From: a virus
Lineage: Duplodnaviria > Caudoviricetes
DNA: 64,000 nt
Virus record (IMG/VR): IMGVR_UViG_3300014205_007777
Span: 5,476 to 69,475 of that record
Direction: 5' to 3' (one strand)
The notes under the pieces are model-generated. The model was given only the letters and a program-made list of their open reading frames with translations. It ran no database searches and had not been told where the DNA came from. Position numbers and translations under genes: made by a program. Positions 9,647 to 19,089 of this stretch are shown piece by piece. Each line of letters starts with the position of its first letter. The stretch's first letter is position 1.

Positions 9647-11812
9647 TTATGTCTGAACATACTTTCTTCCGCCTATACCCAAATTGGATACAGATAAGTC
9701 CGGCGGATATACACAGCTAAAGGGTTGACCCTGGAACACAGAACCTAAAGTATCAAGTATGATTCTGCCTCCACCTACTACACTCACGTCATGTACGTAA
9801 GCATTGGAGTCTCCCGCTACATACCAGGCTTCGGCTAATATCTCTACGACTCCATTTTCCGTAGGAGTAAAAGTAATTGTTAATTGCTGCCAGTCGGTAT
9901 TATCGGCTGCAACCGCGGTTACGTCTGAAGTTACTCCTGCTATTTGATAAGCCGGAAGTCTAATCTGACAAGCAATATTAGTAGCATGATCTTTTTTCAT
10001 CCACGCTTTAAAGGTAACGAGTTGGTTAGCAGTACAGGCTACTTTAGAGAGGGAAAGAGGGGCAACATAGTTTGATAAACGAGTTGAGTCTGGTTGGAAT
10101 TCCCACGCTAGACCTGAAGGTGTGTGACGGGTAACGGTTTGAGAGAAAATCAAGCCTGTTGTATTACTTTGTTGCCCTTGAGCATAAATACGTGCGGTAT
10201 TGGCAACACCTCCATATTTATTTACTCGTAAAGTAGAGTTTGAATAATCAACCGAGGGAGTTACTGGATTAGCCTCAGACGCCGAAAAATTGATAATAGT
10301 ATTTACCCCGCCACTATTAAAATACCCGCCCGACACTCCATTCCCATTAGTTGAAAGAGATTTTATCATGTTGTTACTGCTGGTAAAATAAACACCTCCA
10401 TTATTATTATTATTGGCATTAGTTATTGTTGTTACCGTATTGTTGTTACTGTTGTTGAAGTATACGCCGTAGCCATTATTATTATTGGCATTAGTTATTG
10501 TTGTTACCGTATTGTTGTTACTGTTGTTGAAGTATACGCCGTAGCCATTATTATTATTGGCATTAGTTATTGTTGTTACCGTATTGTTGTTACTGAGGTA
10601 GAAAAAAACACCGCTATCACCATTATTATTGGCATTAGTTATTGTTGTTACCGTATTGTTGTTACTGTTGTTGAAAACAATACCGGAGTTATACCTGTAA
10701 ACGGATAAATAATTAAGCGTGCTATATGATATAGAGGATAAGAAAATTCCGTATCCTCTCCCATTCAACCCATCGAAAAACGTTTCACCTATCTGTGTAT
10801 TTAGAGTAGTATCATATCCTCCCTGGTATTGGATATTATTACCAAAAGTACCTGAATCCTGTAATGCTTGAACAGCAGTTGTTAAGCCTGCTGTTAATGC
10901 AGTTTTAATTGTCTCTCTTTTATAAGTTGTAACTGTTTCAGGACTCGTTCCTGTAGTAGAATATCCTCTACCCGCATTAGCCAGAGTATTGTTATCATTA
11001 TCCAGTAAAACAGTCGTTCCATTTATTGACTGTATTCCGTACCACCCTTCCGTTCCACCTTGAGCTAATGAGTTCTTGGAAATCAGACTTTGGAGATTCA
11101 ATCCATCAGTAGTACAGGCGATAAAGTCATCAACTCTTATATATTTCGAAGCTGTTGGCGCTGTTATTCCTGTGTAAATTGCGATAGAGTTGATATTATT
11201 ACCCAGATTGCCACCGCCAGTTCTAGCAATCGTTAAAGGCAACCATCTTGCCGTTGAAGGTATCGCCGGAATAACAAAAGAGTCAACTACTACCGCGCCA
11301 AGTGCATCCGAACATAGACAAACCAACCACGTTGTTGCATCCGCTATTGCCACCTCATTCTTAAACCAGAAGCTTAATTTCTGATATGTGGATAAATCCA
11401 GAGCTCCCGCTAATGGATAATAAGCCTGTAAGATACTCGGCTGAGGAGCGGCATCCATACCTATTTGCATACAGAATGAGCCCTCTTTGGCATCGGTAGC
11501 TACAGGTTGTAGAGTAATAGTGGCATCTCCACCTACAGCGGCTGTCCAGGCTATTTCACATAAATCCACAGTAAGTGTTTGAGCAGCGGCTAAAGTCACA
11601 GTTTTAGATAAATTAGTCCATGTACCGTCTCCGACAGATACAGGGTCAGGACTCTTAGCAATACGGATAATATCTCCCGGAGCAATTCTCGCTGCGGTAG
11701 GACCAGCGGTAATAGTTTTCCAGGGTCCAACTGCCGGTAATCCGCCTAAAGCAAAGGTCGAGCCGTCTGCCGCATCATTTCCATTCTCATAGTCTAAATA
11801 AAATGTAGGCAT
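9647..11812 (-). CDS. Receptor-binding/spike protein with Asn-rich beta-helix repeats and C-terminal carbohydrate-binding-like domain
   Basis: MPTFYLDYENGND N-terminus; four NNSNNNTVTTITNANNN repeats; WQQLTITFTPT CBM-like end. Confidence 0.7.
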   Translation of the reverse strand: MPTFYLDYENGNDAADGSTFALGGLPAVGPWKTITAGPTAARIAPGDIIRIAKSPDPVSVGDGTWTNLSKTVTLAAAQTLTVDLCEIAWTAAVGGDATITLQPVATDAKEGSFCMQIGMDAAPQPSILQAYYPLAGALDLSTYQKLSFWFKNEVAIADATTWLVCLCSDALGAVVVDSFVIPAIPSTARWLPLTIARTGGGNLGNNINSIAIYTGITAPTASKYIRVDDFIACTTDGLNLQSLISKNSLAQGGTEGWYGIQSINGTTVLLDNDNNTLANAGRGYSTTGTSPETVTTYKRETIKTALTAGLTTAVQALQDSGTFGNNIQYQGGYDTTLNTQIGETFFDGLNGRGYGIFLSSISYSTLNYLSVYRYNSGIVFNNSNNNTVTTITNANNNGDSGVFFYLSNNNTVTTITNANNNNGYGVYFNNSNNNTVTTITNANNNNGYGVYFNNSNNNTVTTITNANNNNNGGVYFTSSNNMIKSLSTNGNGVSGGYFNSGGVNTIINFSASEANPVTPSVDYSNSTLRVNKYGGVANTARIYAQGQQSNTTGLIFSQTVTRHTPSGLAWEFQPDSTRLSNYVAPLSLSKVACTANQLVTFKAWMKKDHATNIACQIRLPAYQIAGVTSDVTAVAADNTDWQQLTITFTPTENGVVEILAEAWYVAGDSNAYVHDVSVVGGGRIILDTLGSVFQGQPFSCVYPPDLSVSNLGIGGRKYVQT
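10385..10690. repeat. Four in-frame tandem repeats of 69-72 bp inside the spike gene
   Basis: Unit TTATTATTATTGGCATTAGTTATTGTTGTTACCGTATTGTTGTTACTG... repeated; copies differ mainly in length of the (TTA)n run and in the following few codons. Confidence 0.9.
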
Positions 11813-11832
11813 TTTACGCTAAATAACCTCCG

Positions 11833-13875
11833 CTATTGTCTTCCTGCGTATTCAATATAATAATTATAAGTCCCGCCCTCGGCTGAATCAAGTAATATTT
11901 TACCTACTACCCAACCATCAATTGCACTAACTGAATCTTGGCAAACTACCCACTTGGTTTGTGCTCCGGTATCACCTGCGAGATAAGAATCGTCAACTGC
12001 TACCGTGTGCATAAGTAGAGCAGTAAAAAACTCACTGCCAAGATTTGTTCCAACAGCGTCATCTGCAATACCTACTTGTAACGTAGTAGTAACTGCGGTG
12101 GAGGCCGTAACGACTTCGATAACAACCTTCTTGATAAATATATCTTGAAGTTCCGGATTGTGCCAGGCAAAGCCTATGGTGTTTACCGCCCCTGCGGTTA
12201 AAGTGCCTGAGGCAGTACGGATTTCACCTGGAGCGATGTAATTGGCATTCCCAATATAAGTAACATTAGTGTAGGCACCGGCAGTATAGTATGGAGTAGC
12301 AGCGCTAATATTATTGTTCATTATTCGGACTGGTGTGGTGGGAGCGGTAGCATTAGTCTCTAAACTTATCCCCCTTGAAGCTCCATTTACAATAATATTA
12401 CCTTCTATCAAAACATCTGTTGTAGCCGTGACAATTCTAAACACGTGAGTTACAGCATCAACAACCAAATTGCCTTTTATAATCACTGAGTCACATGAAA
12501 TAAATTGATTACTACTACTTGCATACTCAGTATTCCCTGAAAAAACAACACCGTTATTATAGGTTAATTTTACAGTTACGACCCCCGATGCTGATTGCGT
12601 GTGAAAGTCATTGTTGCTTATATTGATGTTTTTAATTTCAGTGCCAGTCCCACCAGTAGCCTCCAAAGCATTGTAGGTAGGAATGTTAACAAACGAATTA
12701 GAGGTAATGTTTATATTTTCGATAGAAGCTGCAATCAAGATACGACCATCATTAGCGATGGAATTACCACTGACCACTATGTTTTTTGTTTCATATAGTA
12801 TACCGATTGTAACATCACGTAAATCCAACTTGATGCCGGTAATAAGATTACCCAACACATTTACATTCTGGCAACCATAGAGAATCAGATGTGTATAAAC
12901 TACTGAATCGTTTGGGGTAAAAGTACAACCACTGACAATACTATTATCCGTTACTCTTAACGACATACCCCCAAATATGTGACAGTTAACAACTCTGAGG
13001 TAATCTCCAAAACTGGCTAAAAACGCTGGAGTTGTTGTCGCGATACCACTAGGCATAATAAATGTGCTATCTTTTACTAATACATTCGTAAATTCCGCTC
13101 CAGCAATCCCTTCAATATGAACTCCACCATACTTTGACATATCGTGAAAGTAACAATTAGTTACAATCATATCCTCGCCACGACCACGTAAGGGACGATG
13201 TCTGCTATTGGTGACTTCAACCCTGTCTACAAGAAAACGATTCCCGTTATAAAAATCAATTTCATATTCCGCCCCGCAATCAGTAGAGATGACAGGCCAG
13301 TTAGCAGAGTTACCGTCTATTTTTAAATTACTCAGTGAGCACCCGTCACCTGTAAAATAAAATGTAGACATGATAGAAACACACTGTTTGCCAATCGCAT
13401 ATGTAGCTGTTGCATTCGCTGTTAATGTTAGTTGTGTAGGCGAATCAATAGTATCTATCACGTAAGAATCAGGCGTGTCGCCAATTCCTACAGCTTCCCC
13501 TGCGTAAAATCCAGTCGTGCTGGTAACGGTTACTATTTTTGTACCAATCGTGAGCTGAGCCGTTAATGCGGTAACCGTCTGGTCTTTAACCGTAATTACA
13601 GTACTCCAACCCGCACCATGTATATTAATGTTATCCTGAGTAATATTTCCATCATTAGCGGCAACAAAGTTTCCCTCTGACAGGTAGAAATCGTGATAGC
13701 CTGAAGCTAAACCAACATTAATAGAATCAATAACATTAGTTCCGCCATCAACTATATCCGCTTGTGCCTTACATATTTCAGGTGCATCTGAGGCTGCTAT
13801 GACATAGGTAGCAGCACGACCAGTGGGATCATACGGTCGTTGTCCTACAGTTCTGTGTGCACATCCTACACTCAA
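11833..13875 (-). CDS. Right-handed beta-helix (pectate-lyase-like) spike protein
   Basis: YLSEGNF...ITQDNINIHGAG start of beta-helix; repeated I-S/T-G-N-x-I/F rungs; beta-sandwich C-terminus. Confidence 0.75.
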   Translation of the reverse strand: MSVGCAHRTVGQRPYDPTGRAATYVIAASDAPEICKAQADIVDGGTNVIDSINVGLASGYHDFYLSEGNFVAANDGNITQDNINIHGAGWSTVITVKDQTVTALTAQLTIGTKIVTVTSTTGFYAGEAVGIGDTPDSYVIDTIDSPTQLTLTANATATYAIGKQCVSIMSTFYFTGDGCSLSNLKIDGNSANWPVISTDCGAEYEIDFYNGNRFLVDRVEVTNSRHRPLRGRGEDMIVTNCYFHDMSKYGGVHIEGIAGAEFTNVLVKDSTFIMPSGIATTTPAFLASFGDYLRVVNCHIFGGMSLRVTDNSIVSGCTFTPNDSVVYTHLILYGCQNVNVLGNLITGIKLDLRDVTIGILYETKNIVVSGNSIANDGRILIAASIENINITSNSFVNIPTYNALEATGGTGTEIKNINISNNDFHTQSASGVVTVKLTYNNGVVFSGNTEYASSSNQFISCDSVIIKGNLVVDAVTHVFRIVTATTDVLIEGNIIVNGASRGISLETNATAPTTPVRIMNNNISAATPYYTAGAYTNVTYIGNANYIAPGEIRTASGTLTAGAVNTIGFAWHNPELQDIFIKKVVIEVVTASTAVTTTLQVGIADDAVGTNLGSEFFTALLMHTVAVDDSYLAGDTGAQTKWVVCQDSVSAIDGWVVGKILLDSAEGGTYNYYIEYAGRQ

Positions 13876-15728
13876 GCTAAATAACCTCCGCTAACTACTG
13901 CCCTGGATTCTACGTTTACATTGCAGACATACCCGGCACCGGTTGCACCGCCGTTTATAGTTAGCTGTATTTTCTTACCGACACCAATTCTGCATACACC
14001 CTGCCAGGTAAGTTGATTTTCTGCGGTTAAATTGGCTACCGCTCCCTGAATATTGTCTATTAATACCTGTGGCGTAGCATCGTTAGTCTGAATAGAGATG
14101 GAGGTTAAAGCTCCTCCGGCTATAGCGTTAGGCATAGCTATAATCAGGCTTTCCAATATAACTACTTGCGTAGTGCCGGTAAATAAATCGTAATTAGCGG
14201 CTATCTGGTTAAGGTCAATAGTAGTAGCCGCTTCCTGTAGACGTCCGGCTGATGTAACTGCTACCAGGTTCTCGATATAACGTATGACCGCGGCCAGGTT
14301 GACCCCGTCACCCGCAGGAGCAGCCGCCGGGAACGTAGTTATTCCCGCGCCATTCAGGATAGCGCCGAGATCAGTGAAAATATCATTGAGATTAGACCGG
14401 GCCGCACCGCCGTTGTCAATAGTAACACTCATCGCTGCCGAAGCCGCATTAAATAATGCAGCGGTAGCGGTGAAGGCCGCCTCGACATCAGTGGCTGCCG
14501 CACCACCTATTGTAGCCGAGAAAGCAGCGCCCGCCGCTTTCAGATAAGCAGCCATAGCACTGAATGAAGCCTCTACGTCGGTCCGTGCCGCACCGCCGAT
14601 GGTCGCGGAATACGCCGCACCCGCGGCTTTGAAGTAGGTAGCCAGGTCGTTAAAGCAATCGGAAATATCAGTCGGTGTAGCCCCGTTGATCGTCGGGTCC
14701 ATAGCAGCACCTGCCGCTTTGAAATAGGTTGCTAGATCGTTAAAGCAGTCTGAAACATCAGTAGGCGATAAAGCATTTATCGTCGGGTCCATGGCAGCGC
14801 CTGCTGCTTTAAAATAAGTAGCCAGATCCGCAAACATCTGTCCCAGATCGGTATCGGTACTCCCGTTAATGACCGCCGACAGTGCCGCCGGAGCGATGCG
14901 TAATAACAATCTACGTATCTTCGCCTGAGCGGATGTCGTAGTTATATTACTAAGATCATCCAGGGTTGCCGCATCCGATTGGGCACCGAGACTAGTATCG
15001 ATTGCATGTACCGTTGTCGAAATATCAGCTTCGGTAAGTACAACATTGGACCATACCGCCGTAGGCACATAGACAATCTCGCCGTTTACCAGGCAGTTAA
15101 TTCCTCCGACTGTCATGCGGTATAAATCACCCACCGCCCACTGTGCTGTAAGAAATTGATAAGAACAATAGACTCTGCCGTCTGCCTTCGCAAATGTCGG
15201 CTGTGTTATACCGGCTGAACTGAAAGGAGCACCGCCGGTACTCTTTTCCAAAACCGCTGATATACCGGTAATATCAATATCGGCTGATGGAATACCCCCG
15301 GTATCAACGTCAAAAAGAACAATAGAAAACATTTGATAGGCATTCTGTTCGACAGGACCGGAATCCGACATGAACATCCGGAATCTGACTTCGGATTCCG
15401 TAATCATATTAGCGATCGCCGGGTTCAAGATTAGTATTTCATCACCGGCCGCAACCGCAACGGTAAAAGGATTGGTTGTAAATTCCCCGGTAGTACTGTC
15501 GTAATCGACAATAACCTCCAGTTCACCCTGGGGAGCCGCACTTGTCCCGGTACCCTCTTGGAGCACATAAGCCCACCAGGGATTAGTCGCACCCATAAAT
15601 TTACCCGTACCAAGTCCGGCAAGATTTTCAATAGTGAATTTATTACCGGCAGCTACGGAATCTACCCGGCCCCAAATAACAAGTCCCCTGATATCGGGAC
15701 TCTCAGCATAACCGTCAAGTAATTTCAT
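13872..15728 (-). CDS. Fibre/stalk-like virion protein with 30-aa helical repeats
   Basis: FNDLATYFKAAGAAMDPTINGATPTDISDC-type repeats between beta-rich N- and C-terminal domains. Confidence 0.6.
   Translation of the reverse strand: MKLLDGYAESPDIRGLVIWGRVDSVAAGNKFTIENLAGLGTGKFMGATNPWWAYVLQEGTGTSAAPQGELEVIVDYDSTTGEFTTNPFTVAVAAGDEILILNPAIANMITESEVRFRMFMSDSGPVEQNAYQMFSIVLFDVDTGGIPSADIDITGISAVLEKSTGGAPFSSAGITQPTFAKADGRVYCSYQFLTAQWAVGDLYRMTVGGINCLVNGEIVYVPTAVWSNVVLTEADISTTVHAIDTSLGAQSDAATLDDLSNITTTSAQAKIRRLLLRIAPAALSAVINGSTDTDLGQMFADLATYFKAAGAAMDPTINALSPTDVSDCFNDLATYFKAAGAAMDPTINGATPTDISDCFNDLATYFKAAGAAYSATIGGAARTDVEASFSAMAAYLKAAGAAFSATIGGAAATDVEAAFTATAALFNAASAAMSVTIDNGGAARSNLNDIFTDLGAILNGAGITTFPAAAPAGDGVNLAAVIRYIENLVAVTSAGRLQEAATTIDLNQIAANYDLFTGTTQVVILESLIIAMPNAIAGGALTSISIQTNDATPQVLIDNIQGAVANLTAENQLTWQGVCRIGVGKKIQLTINGGATGAGYVCNVNVESRAVVSGGYLA
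14350..14890. repeat. About six degenerate 90-bp in-frame repeats
   Basis: GCTTTGAA(G/A)TAGGT.GC.AG.TCGTTAAAGCA.TC recurs at 90-bp spacing; approximate bounds. Confidence 0.75.
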
Positions 15729-15739
15729 TCTAAGCCTCC

Positions 15740-16084
15740 TTACTCCAGGTCGTAATCGATTGTGATTACGCAGTCAGGTTCGGTGGCATCCGCGTAACAC
15801 TGAATGGCTCCTATGAATTCCCGCCCTTTGAGATCCAGACAACTGATAACCGATGTCAGTCCGCTGTCGAGCGAGTACTGGCCGCGTGCCGGCGTAACAC
15901 CGGAGGGAGAGGCTGTACCGTCATACGGATCAGGAGTAAAAGAGTCACGGAAATTAATAGTACGCCTGGCGGTACTCTGATTATCAATCGTAATCGTATT
16001 CAGCTTGGCTTTCATATTCGTCGGCACGGTGACCAGGGTAGCCACGGAGCCGACAACCACTGCCGTACAACTTGCTGTAGCCAT
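15740..16084 (-). CDS. Small beta-rich virion protein (possible single jelly roll/penton-like)
   Basis: 114 aa of alternating beta-strand pattern in structural operon. Confidence 0.45.
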   Translation of the reverse strand: MATASCTAVVVGSVATLVTVPTNMKAKLNTITIDNQSTARRTINFRDSFTPDPYDGTASPSGVTPARGQYSLDSGLTSVISCLDLKGREFIGAIQCYADATEPDCVITIDYDLE

Positions 16085-16096
16085 CTTCGATACCTC

Positions 16097-16768
16097 CTAA
16101 AAACCTACTAGATCGGTGTAGTATTCTATCAAAAGGGCACGCGACTGCTCACTCTCGGTCAGTTTCTTGGGAGCAAGCTGGCACTTATTTAGTTTAAATA
16201 CAAGAGTCATTTTATCATAATCAGGTCCGTCGCAATAAAGACGTAATATGATCGGCACCATGTTCCAGAGAGTGTATAAGAACCATACCGGAGACTCCTC
16301 CGGACTATCTTTGGGATATTTCACACCCAGGTAACGCCATATGGAACTGTTAACATCGGGGTAGATCGACGTTGAACCCACGGTGTAGATATACTTGTTC
16401 GACGGAATATATGTCTGCACCCAGTAGTTACCGGGCTTGAATCCCACGGCGATCTGGTAGAGGGCATTGGTTTGAACGGGATACATCTGCCAGGAGAAAT
16501 TAGCCGTGGCTGCCGGAGTAGTACTGGAGGGATTTACTAAGTTAGAGAGGTCGAGATTACAGTAGTGTCCTGTCGGAGCTTTACGCGATATGGGATACCT
16601 CACGATAAGGGGTTCGTTGATAACCTCGAAAGTATTGTTGGCGGCCCACAGTTGATCGCCAGCCCAGGATTTGGTAAATTTTACCCACGACCCTTTCTTA
16701 AGCAAAAGGTCTTCGGGTTTAACCGCTACAGTAGCTCTGGTTAAAGTAGGGGAAAGTTCAGTTAACAT
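16097..16768 (-). CDS. Putative virion structural protein (possible second capsid protein)
   Basis: 223 aa, aromatic and beta-rich, near the capsid candidate. Confidence 0.45.
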   Translation of the reverse strand: MLTELSPTLTRATVAVKPEDLLLKKGSWVKFTKSWAGDQLWAANNTFEVINEPLIVRYPISRKAPTGHYCNLDLSNLVNPSSTTPAATANFSWQMYPVQTNALYQIAVGFKPGNYWVQTYIPSNKYIYTVGSTSIYPDVNSSIWRYLGVKYPKDSPEESPVWFLYTLWNMVPIILRLYCDGPDYDKMTLVFKLNKCQLAPKKLTESEQSRALLIEYYTDLVGF

Positions 16769-16818
16769 GGCTCCTCCTTTTTCTCTCGTCTTACGGAGAG
16801 TATGTTCACTTTATAGTA

Positions 16819-16844
16819 GGGACTCCGGCAATTACCGGAGTCCC
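16819..16844. other. Perfect 10-bp intergenic hairpin
   Basis: GGGACTCCGG-caatta-CCGGAGTCCC; no U-tract; may stabilise or attenuate mRNA after the capsid genes. Confidence 0.6.
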
Positions 16845-16863
16845 CGCATATTAAATTGTTAAA

Positions 16864-17136
16864 CTATTGTCCGTTAGCTATAACCGTTACCGTACCGGTT
16901 ATATCCGCATCACCGGCAGTTGCCCATGTGGGACCCCCGGCGCTTGTCTGCATGGTATAGAAAGTAAGTGTTACCACGTTTCCTGAAATAGCCCTTACCA
17001 CTTCAAAAACGTAGTCAGCCTTATTGGGACCGTCGAAGGACACGAACACATCGGAAATTTCTTCAAACTGGCCGAAGGTTACATCCACCGCACCGGAAGA
17101 GAGAGTTGGAGCACTTATAGTCTGTATCTCTAACAT
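16864..17136 (-). CDS. Small beta-rich capsid decoration-like protein, paralog A
   Basis: Clear paralog of 17150-17419 (ML.IQT....LS.GA..VTFGQFE...DYVFE..R.I..NVVT.T...MQ.SA...W). Confidence 0.6.
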   Translation of the reverse strand: MLEIQTISAPTLSSGAVDVTFGQFEEISDVFVSFDGPNKADYVFEVVRAISGNVVTLTFYTMQTSAGGPTWATAGDADITGTVTVIANGQ

Positions 17137-17149
17137 GCTTCATCCCCCC

Positions 17150-17419
17150 TTAATCGCCATCGGCAATAACGGTCATAGTCTTACCCGTAAAGTCGGTGGT
17201 GATGGCATTACCCCAGGTATTGGTCGCGCTGACCTGCATCTTCTTTATGGTTACTGTGACTACGTTGGTTGCTATTGAACGCGTAGCCTCGAAAACATAA
17301 TCGCTAGTCAGAGATCCTTCAATATAAACAGCCGCTTCGTTTACCTTCTCGAACTGTCCGAAAGTAACAGTCATGGCACCTGCACTCAGCGTTATAGAAA
17401 CCGTCTGTATCGCCAGCAT
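17150..17419 (-). CDS. Small beta-rich capsid decoration-like protein, paralog B
   Basis: Paralog of 16864-17136; directly downstream of capsid candidate. Confidence 0.6.
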   Translation of the reverse strand: MLAIQTVSITLSAGAMTVTFGQFEKVNEAAVYIEGSLTSDYVFEATRSIATNVVTVTIKKMQVSATNTWGNAITTDFTGKTMTVIADGD

Positions 17420-17453
17420 AGCATTTCCTCCTCTCAGTTATTTTTTACCGCCT

Positions 17454-18218
17454 TTAGGCAGTTAATTCCTGGCAGCGGGCACACACGAAGCTGAGAAGCT
17501 GGAATTTCGTACTGCCGGTAATACCGGGCATAACAGCGATAGCCTGGCTCTGTAGAGGACCTACGATGACCGGTTTCTCAAAACGGATTACCTGGATATC
17601 ATTATTTGCCGTACCCAGATAGGTTTTTACATTCTGGCAGGCACTCTGGGCCGGAGTTGCTACCCCGCCGAGAGTAAAGGTAACATCGGTGATCTTCGGT
17701 ACTTCGATCGGGTCAATAGCACCGATATGAATAACGGAGGCGAACTGCTCCATTGTCTGGCTTGGGACAAGATTCGCGGAACTATTAGCGGTAACTGTCG
17801 ATAACCAGGTAAAGACGCCGCCGGAAGTACCGCCGTACAGACCGAGAGAACCGGTTGCCGCCGGATTCAAAATGGCACCACCGACATCCTTCGGTCTTAA
17901 CCATTTGAGATCCAACATGGTACCTGCACCCAGGATACCGGCAAACTGTCCTTTGGCCTGTTCCTTAGCCATACGTACAGCAATAAAAATAGACTGAACA
18001 TTCTCGGCAACCAGGGTGGCGATAAGCGGATTATTCGTCTGGTTGACCAGAGCATCAATCTTAAGTAACAAAGTGTCTGATTCCTTCGCGGAAAATGCGG
18101 CCAGTGCTATCGGAGACATGGTTTGACCGGGGTTGATGACTGCCTCAGTACAGGGATAACTCCCATCTATAGGCCAGTCTCTTACAAGTCCTTTATTTGT
18201 CTGATAAACTATACCCAT
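17454..18218 (-). CDS. Candidate major capsid protein (jelly-roll type, not HK97)
   Basis: 254 aa; helical N-half, beta-strand-patterned C-half; strong SD; early in structural operon; fold not verified. Confidence 0.5.
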   Translation of the reverse strand: MGIVYQTNKGLVRDWPIDGSYPCTEAVINPGQTMSPIALAAFSAKESDTLLLKIDALVNQTNNPLIATLVAENVQSIFIAVRMAKEQAKGQFAGILGAGTMLDLKWLRPKDVGGAILNPAATGSLGLYGGTSGGVFTWLSTVTANSSANLVPSQTMEQFASVIHIGAIDPIEVPKITDVTFTLGGVATPAQSACQNVKTYLGTANNDIQVIRFEKPVIVGPLQSQAIAVMPGITGSTKFQLLSFVCARCQELTA

Positions 18219-18242
18219 TTTATTTCGTGTTCCTCCTTCTAT

Positions 18243-18566
18243 TTAATTTAGTGTTCCACGGGTAGCTACGCCGCCGGCAAGTGCACCCCTCACCCCTACA
18301 TCCGGAGTAGCTTCAATCAACCGTATAGCCCTGCTTGGCCTTCTTGCCTGTGAGGTACCCGCGCCGGGCATTACCGGCAATTCCGGGAAAGTTGGTACAG
18401 GCGGTAGATCGGGTATGACTATCGGAAAATTGGGTGCAGTCGGCAATTTACTGGTAATATCATTGAGTACTGCGGATACTTTGGGAGCACCCGTCGGTAA
18501 TTTCGCTTCTATGGCAACGGGAAGCGCGGCGCCCTGGGTAAGAATATCTTTATAATTTACTGCCAT
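18243..18566 (-). CDS. Pro-rich hypothetical virion protein
   Basis: ORF with SD AGGAGG; LPTAPNFPIVIPDLPPVPTFPELP. Confidence 0.55.
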   Translation of the reverse strand: MAVNYKDILTQGAALPVAIEAKLPTGAPKVSAVLNDITSKLPTAPNFPIVIPDLPPVPTFPELPVMPGAGTSQARRPSRAIRLIEATPDVGVRGALAGGVATRGTLN

Positions 18567-18593
18567 TTCGTCCTCCTTTTATAACTATTAAAA

Positions 18594-18923
18594 TTAAGTA
18601 CCGCTGACTTTACTTACAAAGTCACGTCCGACACCGCTGACTCTGTCGAAGAATCCACCGATTAAACGGTGCGGGCCGGGGATACCGATCGTAGCATCTA
18701 AAGGCTTATCCAGCACCTCGGATATTTTCCCGCCTACCCCCTGGACATCACCGACGAAGCCATTAACAAGTAAAGCGAAATCCTGGTGTGGTGCGAGAGT
18801 ACCGGGGTGAGGAGCAGGGGGACCTACGATTCCCGTTTGAACATCTTCACTGACGGGAATTCTCACCTGCCTTGCCGTGCCACGGAATGGAGACGCGGGT
18901 AACATTGCTTTCCAATCTTTCAT
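18594..18923 (-). CDS. Hypothetical virion (possibly membrane-associated) protein
   Basis: First gene after the leader; SD GGAGGT; amphipathic C-terminus. Confidence 0.55.
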   Translation of the reverse strand: MKDWKAMLPASPFRGTARQVRIPVSEDVQTGIVGPPAPHPGTLAPHQDFALLVNGFVGDVQGVGGKISEVLDKPLDATIGIPGPHRLIGGFFDRVSGVGRDFVSKVSGT

Positions 18924-19035
18924 TGTCTACCTCCGTAATACTTTCGAGGTTAGCAGAACCCCGCTTAAAAAGGAATGGGGTAAGCATTCCAAACTTTCTA
19001 AACGAAAGTTCTGCTTACCCCATTTATTGAATCTG
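18924..19035 (-). promoter_or_regulatory. Structured 5' leader with terminator-like hairpin and alternative pairing
   Basis: 13-bp stem 18974-18986/19012-19024 followed on the minus strand by CCTTTTT; GCAGAAC/GTTCTGC (18953-18959 vs 19008-19014) can form a competing helix. Confidence 0.55.
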
Positions 19036-19041
19036 CTATGT

Positions 19042-19070
19042 ATATTAGTATGAGCAGGGATTAATGTCAA
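19042..19070 (-). promoter_or_regulatory. sigma70-type promoter of capsid operon
   Basis: TTGACA-17 bp-TAATAT on minus strand. Confidence 0.65.
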
Positions 19071-19089
19071 GAGATAATACAAAAATATT

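Noticed and set aside
10385-10690. Asn-codon-rich repeats as a diversity-generating retroelement TR/VR pair
   Set aside because: No reverse transcriptase in the window; copies are tandem and differ by indels and mixed substitutions, not adenine-specific changes
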